Assembly: GCA_030704615.1 (NCBI GenBank)
Contig: CM060733.1
Span: forward strand, 58,032,001 to 58,096,000
Origin: Takakia lepidozioides
Lineage: Eukaryota; Plantae; Bryophyta
Length of the DNA: 64,000 nucleotides
Direction of reading: 5' to 3'
Below are positions 1 to 12,764 of the stretch, one piece after another. The number at the start of each line of letters is the position of its first letter. Position 1 is the first letter of the stretch. The position numbers and the translations under genes were made by a program. The notes under the pieces were generated by a model that made no database searches, was not told the origin of the DNA, and worked only from the letters and a program-made list of their open reading frames with translations.

Positions 1-3000
1 TCTTCAGACCACCCAGACAACCTATCCCTCTCTGCAATGTGGGGCCGCTGCAGCTCATTGTCAATCTCCTTTCCTACTGAAACTCTCAAGTCTGTTGAAG
101 GACTTGGAGGGGGTGTCCTTTCTGAGGTCAGTATGCCCTCAGGTACAGCAAACTCTTTTCTGCTTGATGGAATGGGTTTGATAGTTGCTGAAGCAACTGG
201 TGGTGTGGTGGGCCTTGCAGGTGTTACAAGATTCACTTTTTTTGCCAATCTCAGTATTGGCCTTCTGGGAACAGCTACAGCCTGAACCTCTTTAACTTTT
301 GTGAGCTCTGTGAGGTCCTGAATACTAGCCCCCTCCATGGGTGGTTCCTGTAGTAGTTCTGAAGTCCTCTGCCCTTGAACACTTGCAGCCAAATCTGATG
401 GAGAAAAATGCACATGTGACACCTCGACAACAGAAGGAAAAGAAGTGGGAGAAGGGGAGGGTCTCAACAAAGGCTTTTTGGCCACGCTATCTGAAGGTGT
501 TGCTGTGGACGTTTGTCCCGTCTCCGACCACCCAGCCAGCCTATCCTTCTCTGCGACTTGGCACCGCTCCAGCTCATCATTGTTTTCCTTCTCCGTCAAG
601 TCTGTTGGGCCCATCGAAGCACTTGTCAGGGGTGACAATATTGACTCACCCAGCTCCTGTTTTGATATTTTTATGCCCTTCGGTCCAGCATCTTCTTGTC
701 CGCTTGACGAAAGAGGGTCATTTGCTACCAAATCAGGTCCCAGAGCACCTGGTGGCTTCAAGGGCCCTGCAGCATTTCCCTCTTTCGTTGATCCCAGCAA
801 CTCTCTTCTTGAGACCGTGACAGCCTCTGGACCTTCATCGACCATTGTCAGCTTTTTGAGGTCCAGAGCAGCCTCCACTATGTCTGGAGCCTGCACAAGC
901 TCCAAAGGAGTTTGCCCTTTAACATTGTCGGCAACTGTGGAAGGAGTAGCAGAGGGAGATGGTCTCAACCAAGGCTTCTTAGCTGCTGGTCTTGCTGTGG
1001 AAGCTGGCTTCATCTCAAGGCTTCTTTCCGCTGGTCTCTCATCAGGGGAGGTTATAGATGAGGTAGTATCTGGGGGTACAGAGCAGACCTCTGAGACTTC
1101 ATCAAGTGAAGAAAAAGGAAGGGGGGATAACATTGGCTTCTCAGAAAGGGCCAGTACAGGCATTTTTGTTGCAACTGATTTAACCTCTGTTGCAGCTGGC
1201 ACTTTGTGCCAGCCATCTGTGGAAGACATATCTGGGGCAGATTCTATTATGGAAGAATCTACTCTGGAACTGGCTTGGGTTGTGGATGACAATCCTGATG
1301 CAATAATTGGGTTAACTGTGGCTGCAGGTCTTCTTGGAGGGGTCATTGTATCAGCAACACTCGCAATGCTTCTGTTTCCCTCCTCTGCAGAATCCGTCTC
1401 TTCATTTTTGGTTCCAAGGGAAGTGGAGGGGGTATGTGCTATGGGTGAGGGCCTTAATCCCAGCTTAGGAAGCCCTATCTTCTTGCTTGGCACAGTGTTG
1501 CTTGCAATGACCCGGGCAGTGCTTGCCTCAAAACTGTCGTCCTGCAGAAATAAGATCCACAACCCAGGATTTCTGACTTTTATGTATTTCAGAGAGTATG
1601 TAAGCAGTTTGATCTCAATGAGGCTCAAAAGTCATAGTGCCTCCTTTGGCCTCTTTTGGCAAGTAAAGTGTGTTCCTCTCTTCCGAAAATATGAAAAAAA
1701 ATTCTGAATGCCCACCAGTTCAGGCCACCCCTTTAAGCTGATGCCAGAATGCACTTTCATCCAAACATCAAAGCTCTCAAAAGAGACAACCTCAAATAAA
1801 ATGAGAGGGAGAGCGGCAGAAGTGGAAGGGCATAGACTTCTCTTCATTGAACATTCCCTGTAACTATTGGCTATAACTTTCCCTCTGTCCTGTCAGATAC
1901 AATCCCTCCGGGAACCAGCACTGGAAAAAATCTTCAAACCAAGTCCAAAAAGATCCACTGCTCATGCAGCTGACGATAATACGGTTATGAGGAAGTGCAT
2001 ATTAAATTGAAGACTTCAGGTGGTAAGTGCTTGTGCCAATGACATGGCACAGAGAGGAAGAGCAAGTGATCCACAGAATTATATTGCCTTCGATTCAACG
2101 TACCTAGGGTGCTGGGGTCTCCAAGCTAGGCTACACAGGACCAAGAGTAAGAAGCAATCAGCCTGCGTATGACGGAAAGTAGGAGGAAATAGATCTCAAA
2201 CCTGCTCCTTTTCAGTGGAAGGTGTGCCTGCAAGCTCCAGCAGCTTCGCAAACCTCTCTTCAGACATATCTGGAGACAAAACAACAAACCCCGACTTTCC
2301 TTGTGCTGGGCTAATGTTCTCCCTTGTATACTTCCCAGGCCGAGAATTCAGAGCTAGAGATGATACACTTTCCACTCCATCCCTTGTACGCCTCTCCTCC
2401 GCCGATAGAGAGTGTGTTTCATCTTCTGACAATCCTGGTGACACTGACACCTCTGATGAGCTCAAATCCCTGAGTTTAGGTCTTCTCAACAACCCATCGC
2501 TCCCTCGATCCCTATCGTCCTGTGGTACATTTTGCTTCACTTTACGCATCAACTGATAGGGTAGGATCTCAGTTGTGGGCCAAGAAGGTCTGATTGAGTC
2601 CTCTGAGCTGAGCATTGGCTTCCGAACAAGATCCTTATAGTTGTCTTCATCCGCCTTTGGTTTTTTGCTTTGACTTGCATACCCTCCAGGTCCAAATGTA
2701 ACCAGAGGTACTCCTTTATTGCCCTGGGCAGACATCCCACCAGGTTTGGATCTAACTGGAGATGCCACCTGAGAGGCCTGAGGACACAGCCAAGACTTAA
2801 CTGAGTAAGACAAGGTCAACAAGAACCCAAACACCTATAAATGAACACCAAAATGAAAGGTCAGGCAGTCAGAGAACATGCACCTGACTTTCCAGTTGCG
2901 ATCCATTCCCCCTGTGTGAAGCTCTGGATAAGGGACAGCAGAAACCTTATCCTGATTTATTGTCCAGATTAACGCAATGATACAATGCATGATCACATTG

Positions 3001-4086
3001 AAGAGAACGTACTGCTCACCCTGCACCATTGGTGGTATAGACCCTGCACCTCATTTCGACAGGACAGAAAATGGGAGAGAGGGAAAGGGTATGGGAGGAT
3101 TTCAGAATGCACCATTGCAGAAGGCTCTCTCCAGCACTGTGATCTGCCAGTATAAATTACGTTGATTACAAATTCCATGTGAATTCCAGACCTCCTTCAG
3201 AAAGCTCTTCAAAATAGCTTAAAGTTGTTGCAAGAATTCACTGCAGAAAGCCTACCCAAGGAGGGTCACAACTTTAAGATGATCTCAAACCTCTCAAATT
3301 GCCCAAAAGGGTGATACACTGTTCTGCAGAATGCATAGATGTGTGTGTGACTGCATGAGATAGAGAGATGAGAAAACCTGAGACGAGAGCATCCCTGGTC
3401 GTGCTGGAGGAGGGGCAAGCCCTGGAAGATCATGACTCTTCTCTGCAATAGGGCCCCACCCAGCAGGTCTGCCTTTCTCGGTGAAGCTGGAGCCCCGGGT
3501 ACCAAATTCCTCCTCACGGTTTAACAATCGGGAAAAATCTGTTTCTAGTAGATCTCTTCCAGGTAACTTTTGCCGCTTATTCCCTGATTTTTCAATTTCG
3601 AGGTAGGGCACGTCAGGATTGGCTTTCCGTCCAATGACCTGCCAGCCCATGCTGCATGCTTGTGATTTCCAACCCGACATAATCTTGAGTGGTGAGACTT
3701 TATGAAGTCCAGCGGGAGAGGGAGATTCACACAGACATATATGACACGTTTCCAGCTGGAGTCCAAAGAGACTTGATTTATAATACGAATTGATCAAAAG
3801 TGGAGGTGGTTGCAAAATAGGAAAACTGAAGCGTAGACGAAACCTACCCGGCTGTCACCTTAATTGTTATATATGAAAAAAAGAAACAACATACCTTGGC
3901 CAAGGTGCTCTGGCGGGATTCTCCAAGCAGCCGGCCGAACTCAAGCTCCATTAAGTCGACTTCCTCCAACTTCACCTCCCTCCTCTCTCTGTCCCCAAAC
4001 TGCCCAGCTTGCTTCTTGGCTGCCATAGCCATCACCCTCCCCCGGCCCCATCCCAAATGCGGGCAATTCTGGGTCACAGCCCGCAT
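1..4086 (-). CDS. Plastid-targeted S1/OB-fold RNA-binding protein (Arabidopsis At1g12800/SDP-like), multi-exon, 3' end outside window
   Basis: N-terminal exons encode EEVDLMELEFGRLLGESRQSTLAKV / IGRKANPDVPYLEIEKS, which I recognise as the At1g12800-type N-terminus. Further exons at about 2196-2780 and 1-1543 are long Pro/Ser/Lys-rich regions. The S1 domain itself is not visible in the window. Start codon approximate. Confidence 0.7.
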
Positions 4087-5480
4087 CCCACGTGCAGCGC
4101 TGGAGCTGCTATTCTGTAGACGCCCAGCGCCCACCTGCCACCCCTCGAGTGTAAGAGACCCATGAAACAGCTTAAAGAGTAATACCTTACGAACATTAGA
4201 GCTGCAGGTTGTGCTCTTCCTAAGCAACACAGGATCCAAACCGCTAAACAAAATATACGCACCAAAGACGTACACAAGCCAGACACAAAAGACAGTTTTG
4301 TCAAGGCTTACTCGTCTTCCAATTCTAATCTGTACACAAACATATTTGAGATGTGCACATTGTAATGCTCCTCGACCGACCCAAAGTAATTTCAAGAGCA
4401 ACAGACAAGATGAAGTGTAGCTACACCTGCGCCCGGGGTACGAGGGGCCAACGGGAAGGGCACAAGTATGTGGATGTGGGCAGCGCCATGGCTGCCTGGA
4501 ATGCATTCAAAAGCTTTCTCCCAGCTCCGCAGCTTCAAAATTGCATCCCTCTCTCTCTCTCTCCCACACAACCTACTTCCGAGTACCTTCTGTTTGTCCC
4601 ACCCGACCTCATAAAACCACACACTCCATAGTTTCAGGAGACTGCACTACCCCGAAATGGGGAAGTTATGGACCTCTGTATCTGGGTGAGATTCCAGATT
4701 CATGTCTTGCAAGCCTTCGTAGCCCAAAACCGCTGGGTAAACACTCTGCCTAACTTATGCATGTGAAGTGTGCAGGACAGACAACCTCATTCGTTCATTC
4801 AGCCCAGTTCATAAATCCATCATGTTTTTTTTTTCCCAAATGGAACTCTCCTGTTAGAGTCACTGATGAGAAATGCAGGTTTTATTTGTTTGGGTAGTCA
4901 CTAGGGTAGAAGTACCCCTAGTAAGTTCCGGCTCAACAAGTTAATGAAATGTTAATAACTTTTTGCACTTTTAACCTCTAATAAGGTCATGTAATACCTT
5001 ACTGAATAGAATGGACTATATGAAATAATATAGGACAGATTTCCTTAATTGAATGTTTGATGAAATTCTGTCTTTCTTTGAAGTTAAAAAAGTCATGAGA
5101 AGCAGAGGAAATCTAGGTCATATTTTGGCGCACTGTGTTTCTATTGTGGTGCACTTTGATCCTTGGAACGTGGGATTGTAAGCAGAGAGACAAAGATGTC
5201 ATTGGAAAGCTCAAGTGTGGTTAGAACAATTTTCAATAGACCTCATTTACTTGGAGTAATTTGAGAAGTTCACAAGGTACCACAATTGGTGCACCTAGCT
5301 AAATTACACAATTTTGGTACCTTGGGTTATAACTTGTAACCAGTCTAGAAAATGAAAATACCATTGGAAAGCTCTCTATGTGCCCCATCATCTTGTAGTT
5401 AGAGTTCATCTACCTAGCATAAATTGAGTGTACAACAAGGGTTAGATGTTTTTTTTTTTTTTTTTTTTTTGGGTTCATTC

Positions 5481-5952
5481 CAGTGTTGGACTGGTATATA
5501 GGTGAAGGACTGGTATAAAATACTGGTATATGCACTGGTATTAGATACCAGACCAGTCTGGTGTCGTTTGGGAGAATACTTGGTCATATACCAGACCAGG
5601 CTGGTATCAGTTCTTTCATACGAGCCACAATACCCGTACTCCCCTATCATCTTCCTCATTTACTCTGGTATGTATACTGAATTAATTTATGTGTACATAT
5701 GCCTATATATTCGTACTTATGTATATTTTATTTGTTTTCACTTGATACTTGCCACTTGACAAATTTGTAACTCAAGATGGCTTTGGAATGATACCAGAGT
5801 TGATATTGTGGTCATGATACTCATATTCATACCAGTATCTGGAAAAAAATACATCCACCATTATAGAGACCAGACTGGTATGAAAGTTTTGTGATACGCC
5901 TGGTACCAGGACCAGTCTGGTATGTAAAAAACTTGATACCAGTCCAACACTG
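5481..5952. mobile_element. hAT-type MITE (472 bp)
   Basis: 17-bp perfect TIR CAGTGTTGGACTGGTAT / ATACCAGTCCAACACTG; perfect 8-bp TSD GTTCATTC at 5473-5480 and 5953-5960; many subterminal CTGGTA/TACCAG motifs; no credible ORF. Confidence 0.92.
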
Positions 5953-7175
5953 GTTCATTCCCATCTGTATAAGTTTATTGGCCAAATAGCCTGAAAATGC
6001 TCTGACACATTCCAAATTTTGAACTAGTTTGGCAATTTTGTCATGTGAGCATGTTTTCATTTTGCTGTAATATATATATATAGTAAGGGGACGGAGGCCA
6101 TGTTACTCAATTTAACGAAACAAGGAAAAAATAACCTTGACAGGGCCATAAGGAAATACAATCGTGGGGAGCCTCCCAGAGCAGCCTCAACAGGTTCACC
6201 CAAACATCAGTCTAGCAAAGAATATTTTGGGAATCTATGGAATATTGTGGTCTGCTCACTATTTTGGGTGTGCTCATAGGCTACCCAACCGAACCACTTG
6301 GGTGGGAACTTTACCTCTTGCAAAAGTGACTTGATCGTAGTCTAGCCCAGCCTAAACCTATTCATTGCAGGCATCTTCTCCTGTAGCGCACAAAATGCCC
6401 ACTCTGCTGAAACCCACTTAAGAAACACCACAGTATGAAACTTTGTCAAACTTAAATTAGCATTAGCACTTGAAGTACAGCCGATGAGGCATGAAAAACT
6501 TTGAGTTGATGGAAATTTGATGGTGCCGTAAGAGGGGGGGGGGCAAGGTGTGAAGTATAGGCATGAAGTATTATCCCTTATACTGCACAGCCACAGATGC
6601 TATCTCTCTCCCTGACATTGTGAAAACTAGATTAAAACATTTGAGTGTAGCTGATGAGGCAGCCATGCAACTCACAGTTAAAACGCATTGACAGAAAGTG
6701 AGAAGAGAGAGGGGGCAAGGACCACAGTGGAGAAGTTTCTCACTGCAAATTTGCATGTGAATCAATCGAACTCTTTATTACATGTACAGTTTGATGTGGG
6801 CTCAAACAAATGATGGGGCCAAAGGGGGACCAACCATGATACACGTGCCACTCCAACACTGAAGACACATGCCATCTCCACCATACCATGGAGCATGATG
6901 GACGGGAGTTGTGCATTGCGGTTTTGCGGCATGCTGGAGTACATTAGAACCTTAATTAGCACAGCTACTGCGAATATGTCGGGACTAGACATGGAGACTA
7001 TGCGTATGTACCATACAAAGGACTTTATTGCTAAGGTCTACAAAAAAATGTGGGGATTGAGGGATCCATAGCTACAGGCTGCAAGGCTGCAAAGTGTAGC
7101 TATGGATTCCTACACATCAGGCTCATTTGATCTGCTGCTGCGCCTGTTCTCTCTCTCTAAGTCTCTCTCTCTCTC

Positions 7176-7236
7176 CTGCCCAAACTGGGCACAGGCTCTA
7201 TGGCCACAAGGCTACGGCAAACGTCTGATGAGTACA
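7176..7236 (+). mobile_element. Extremely 5'-truncated 3'-end copy of the (CT)n-associated LINE
   Basis: CAAACTGGGC...ATGGCCACAAGGCTACGGCAAACGTCTGATGAGTACA matches the 3' terminus of the LINE at about 61510-61570; (CT)n on both sides. Confidence 0.85.
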
Positions 7237-7392
7237 TTCTCTCTCTCTCTCTCTGTGTAAGTACTGAAACGAGTCTCTCACACTTGCTCTTAAGCCCCTC
7301 ACTCACCGCTTTCCTACAAGTTAACAAATTAGAGTACACACTTAAGTAGGAAATACATTTGGTACTTTCCTACTGAAGCTAAGAGATGCCTC

Positions 7393-10300
7393 TCAAGGCT
7401 TCTTTAGCAATCGTCGGCTGTACTGCTTCTTCTCGCAAATGCAGCCTGGACAAGGGTTGGCATAAAAGTTTTCCTCCAATTTGGGGGATTCCCCCAGCTC
7501 ACGGAAACGTGGTGCTCCTATCCGGCCCCTGTGAATTTTGCGCACCTGTGCTTCAAAACCTTCCCATGTTATGCTGCCTGCTTCATACTCGTCCACCAGC
7601 CTCACCAAACTTTCTCTGCACCCACAGAACACTGCCCGTGTAAGTCTACCTTGTGGATCCAACATAGTTCAATAGGTTGGTATTGGCTGGATCCAACACT
7701 CTGGCTATCTTTGTCTCATTAGAGTTATCTGTAAATTCCATCAACTCAGCTCGACTTGACCCACATCAAGCCAAACTCGTGTCCAACTAGGATGAGCGTT
7801 TTTAGGCATTTTTGTCGTATTCAACTCGGGTCCAAACTCAACTGCCCAATGCACGTCCAGGGAGTTTCATAGTGAGTTGAAGGATTTGGGCAAGTTAAGA
7901 GGGCTTGCGAGAGCATGGGGCTCGAGTGAGAGCACTTGGTGAAACTCATGATGACACTCCCTGCGAGTCTACCTGTTTTAACAATTTCTAACAAATTTAC
8001 GGAGGGAAAACAAACTCAGGTCAAAATGGCATTTTTAACAAGGCGCGATGAAACTCGGGTCTGAATTTACGGATAACTCTATCGACCCTAGGATTCCGAT
8101 TCGACAAGATTGCATCGTTGTTCATCACTACGGAAAACAGAATTGAAGAGCCATACCTGTCAGGGCTAATGGTCTTTTGGTAACCCTCAAACTGCCGGTG
8201 TCCCTGTACAGCCTTGGCCATATTGCCATCATAGGTATACACAAACACGTCACTCTCAAGTGCCAACATGTAGTCGAGTGCCGCCAACCGATTTTGATAT
8301 CCTTTCAATGGAGCCAGTTCCTGTTCCGTAGCAAGGGTCATGTGAGAGTAGACATTGGGAAACTCCTGTCGCAGGGTGTCCATGCTTCCATTCCCATAGA
8401 TCTCACCTGCCACTATGTAGATCTTTGTGGATGGCGGGTACCCAAGGGCCTTAAGTAGAAGGCCAGTTTCGTGGGGTGTCGAGGGGCAACCCCCTTGCTT
8501 TCTTTTTTCCTCTCCATCAATTTCTTTTTCTTTCCAGTGTTTAACTTCGTACCGCATCTGCCGAAGCTCTTCAGCTTCCTCTGATGAAAGCCCATGAGCG
8601 CAGCCAGTGAATGCCAGCATGTCTTTCTCATATCTGCACATTTATAAGTCGCTTCAACTCAATAAGAGAGACAGCATTTCGGGGAATGCACTCACTGTGT
8701 ATGGAGTGAAGGAGTGAAGGAGTAAAGCAAGTTACTCAACAGGTGCAACCACTGGAAGATTGACTGAGTGGAGGCTGGTGTTCAAATGTGGCAGTGGTTA
8801 CCAATTATTTTATGATGAAGAAGTGGAAGGAAAAAAATCAGTCTTCATTAAGTGAGCCTTACCGCAGATGCAGAGCAATGTAGGGGTGCCCATCATGCAA
8901 GCGCTCGACCAAAGAATGGCCAAGTGTTTGAATTGGTTCTGCAAACTTCAGAGCACCATAATTGACACGGCACCGTAGCTGCTGAATTGAGTCCGGTATA
9001 TCATTGTTGGCTAACCGTGCGTCGGCATGCGTGAAATACAGCACCTTCTGCTGCTTAAGCAATGGCACTAACTCCTTGTAGTATGGTGCCTGGTCAGACC
9101 ACATCATTAGATGTGCACATATCTCTGTATCATAGAGAGAGAACAAGTTCTGAGGGAAAGAAAGGAGCCACAAAGAGACAAACTGAACTTGACTAGCGAC
9201 ACCACTTCCTCATGAACTTGAATTCAATCAATCATTTATGAATGTTGAACTCGCCAATAGGAAATAGAAGACAGGAGCTACAATGCTCAATCGAGTCGAA
9301 TAGAACAGGTCGCTTGCATATCCATACAACACCAGTACCTTGGCAGCCGATTATCCTAACAGAGGTCGTATTTGGTTTTTAGAGCCCACCCCTGAAAGGG
9401 GACAGTACCCAGAAGGAGAATTGGGCTCTTAGTTACGCTGTTTTCAGCCAGAGTCTTCTTCTTCTTCATATTTGGTCAGCTTTGTACAACGTCGAAGTTC
9501 TCATTCACCAGGAGTTAGAACACAGTAGCAGCAAATGGGGACTCTTCTACCCACATCTCATTCTGTTCTAAACGTACGGATATCCTTGACTTCCTCAAAA
9601 CTTGGTGTGATTGCTCACCTTGGACCAAGAGACCGGCGCCTTCTTCATGGGCTCAATTCCAGCCAAAGAGGCTGGCAATGCCTCCACAATTCGTACATCC
9701 TCCTGGAGTCTATTGATGAAATATTCCACATTGAAAATGTCTTTGAATTCACTGCATACACCAATATTGGATAGCTTTCTCATAAAACCATACGACAGCT
9801 TTGTACTATTAGCTGCATAGATCTTTCCATTTCAAGAGCCCTTGTAAAGATGAATCTTGATAGATTCAGACTAATTGTGTGCCCTCTGCTTTGCAGTGGT
9901 AACTTAAATGCAGCCAAAACTCCTAGGGACAAACAGTGGTGTAGAGTGGTGTATAAAAAAGGAAGGGGAGTTGGTGCACACCTGGGGTCAGCCCAGAAAG
10001 AGCTATGGTCCAGGGTTGGAACCACCAGTGTAGCATTCATCAGCCTTGCAATTGCAACCATGTCACAGATCTGTGGAGCGAGCAAAGGTCAGTTGCTACT
10101 GTAGCCTCCCATGTGCTACGCCCGTCAGCCCATTCAGTGTGGAGAGGTTGAGCAATATTTTACTCTCTCGTAAGTTATATAGTGGCATATGATTTATGCA
10201 TAGTTATTTTTGTAGCAAGAAATTCCTGTAGGGCACTTGGTACTTTTGCTTGTCTTCAGCCTTGTGGTCTGAACTTTCAAAACTGGACATTGTCATAGTT

Positions 10301-12764
10301 TAGGCTATTCTCCAGTAGAGGATTCATACTTCTAGGCATTTGCAACTGTGTTGATAAGATGAGACTGAAATAGATGCAAAAAGGAACCGAAATGAGATTA
10401 AGACACTTAATATCTGAGTACTTACCCCAGCTCGCATTTGATTTAGACCACCATTTGCATTGACAAGAAGGTAACCATTTGTTCCCTCTCCAGGTCCTGT
10501 TTACCAAGGAACAAGCCACAGCATAGACAGGTAAGAGAATACTCATACCCTCCATGATGTTTGCGCAAATGAAACAGGGCTCATTATGAAGCTTTCTGAA
10601 GTAAAGATGTAGTAATTGAAGCACTAGACTCTACCTCTCTCGTCGCTTTGGCCATACAACAGTCAGAGTAGCATGGAAGTAATGACTCATCATGTGACTT
10701 ACGTTTGTAGTGTTTGTGGCGGTCTATACATTGCTCATACTTTTCACTCCTTGGCTTTGCCCAGAGTTCGCTAGCCCAATGTGCACCATTCTGCACAAGA
10801 TCAACAAAATTAGAAAATCTAGTGGCATGATGTCTCCATCATATGAGAACGTATTTAGGTCTATGATTCTGCAGACAACTCTTTGACGGTAACACCGGAG
10901 CCTATATGCCTGAAAGTACGCACAGTCATCCAATTGCCATCCCCATATTCAAGGGGACTCCAAGGTGACATCTATAGCTCCACTGACCATTTACAGGACA
11001 ATCTGACCAACCCCCAATCTTCGCTGGGAATAGCAGATATATGCCATAGTGGGCAGAGCTATGGCACAAGGCTACAGCAAGAAATTCCAATGGCAATCCA
11101 TTGGCACAATGTTCTGTACTCGCATACCAAGGAGCAGCTTTGCTAGAAAAACTACCTGCACCTCAAACCCTGCAGCAATGCATGAGTTGCAAATACCCAG
11201 TGTTACCTCCTGGAAAGAAACATTTTGATACAGCACATAGTACATTTCCTTCGATACCAATGGAAGAGAGAAGAGTAGACACAACAGGGCCTCATGTTGG
11301 ATACTCTTGCATACCTTGGGGGTGCGCAGGTTGTGTCTCTCTGACGGCAGCCCCAATGCTGACTCATCCTTAAAAACTTCTGTGATGTATTCTTTGCGGG
11401 CCTCATTGGACTCCACTTTCACTGCTTGAAGAATGAGCTTATCTTCCTGCAACTGAACAGTCAAAATCATACTGTTAGATCGCAACACTCACGAATGGAA
11501 CGTCACACAAGACTATTCTGAAGATTTGTGGAGACAATCCATGTCTCTCATTGCCAGAGGCTGAAATACTTGAAAACATCTCTGGAACATACTGATGGCC
11601 GATGGAAGGCAAGGTAGAAGGGAGGCAGGTATGGAGAGATATTTGAAGAGGATGCCCAAAGGATTGGGGGGCTTTTCCAAGGCTAATAAAAGGAAAAGCC
11701 TTCAGCTATATTTGTGACAGGAATGGTATTCTCTGAGCTGGCAGTCTTCTTCCCACTTGCAAAGTAGATTCTTCAGGGTGGACGATTTTGGACTGGTAAT
11801 AGGTTGCAAGCCACCCCATCTGACAAAATTTCTAGAGATTCAGTAACTTCTGTAGCACTCCCCAAGAGACTGACATGGGAAGTAAAGGCCCCCATGACCA
11901 ATGCACCATGTCGGTATCACCAGAGGTTGAGGCAAATGCAAATGGTGAATTCAATCTCTATACGCTATACATCCCCAAAACTAAATGCTGTTGCGGATCG
12001 ATTCAATACAAAGATACCCCACTGTGAATCTAAACATAGGGCAACAGGTAGATTGGCAATGGTGACTCCACCAACCAAACGAACAGATTCAGCAGCAATT
12101 GTAAAAGGAGGAAAATGGGCAACTGCTCTTCTGAGGTCCTCTACCAGCTGAAAAAGGCTGGGAGCTTACAAAACACAGAAAAGCACGGGTCCGGGTCCGA
12201 GGCACACGCCACAGTAATACAGCATGAAAAGAGAATATGGAGAAACTGCTGATCTAAGAAATAATGAAAGAGAACAGCCCATACCTTGGGTGTAGAAGAG
12301 GGCTGCATCTCCACACCTAGCCATCCGACCGAAGTAATCTTCACCAATAGAAATGTGACCAGCAGCAATGCAAAAAGATAGAAGGCTGATTGCCGGAACC
12401 CTTTCTTCCTACTGAACATGTGGGAAATCCCCACTGAGTTGCGAACCACCAAATTACCTAGATCACTAAACAACGCATTCTCAATCCCATTCAGCCTATT
12501 GCTGTCTGGGGGTTGTAATCGCGGCAAGCCCTCGCTCTCGCAGTCGGCAGCGGGCACATCGACCTCAAAGGTGTCACTTTTGAAGTACTGGAAAACCATG
12601 AAGGGATCAGATTCTTGATTGCGTTTGGAGGAGAGAGAACGCCGATTCATCGGGCTCATGGTTCCCCCAATGCGCGGGCTCAGAAGCACATGAGCTATGT
12701 CTCTGCCACCGCCCATCATGGGGGCTGAAACATCCGTGTTGGGGCCTGGCCCCCACTGCGCCAT
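7393..12764 (-). CDS. O-fucosyltransferase family (PF10250/GT106, RRT-like) type II membrane glycosyltransferase, multi-exon
   Basis: Exons encode a TM segment ([14 protein letters not shown]), [107 protein letters not shown] and EENFYANP, with GT-AG boundaries. Confidence 0.93.

Noticed and set aside
445-1707. 420-aa plus-strand ORF
   Set aside because: Antisense shadow of the long low-complexity exon of the minus-strand S1-domain gene; no recognisable domain.
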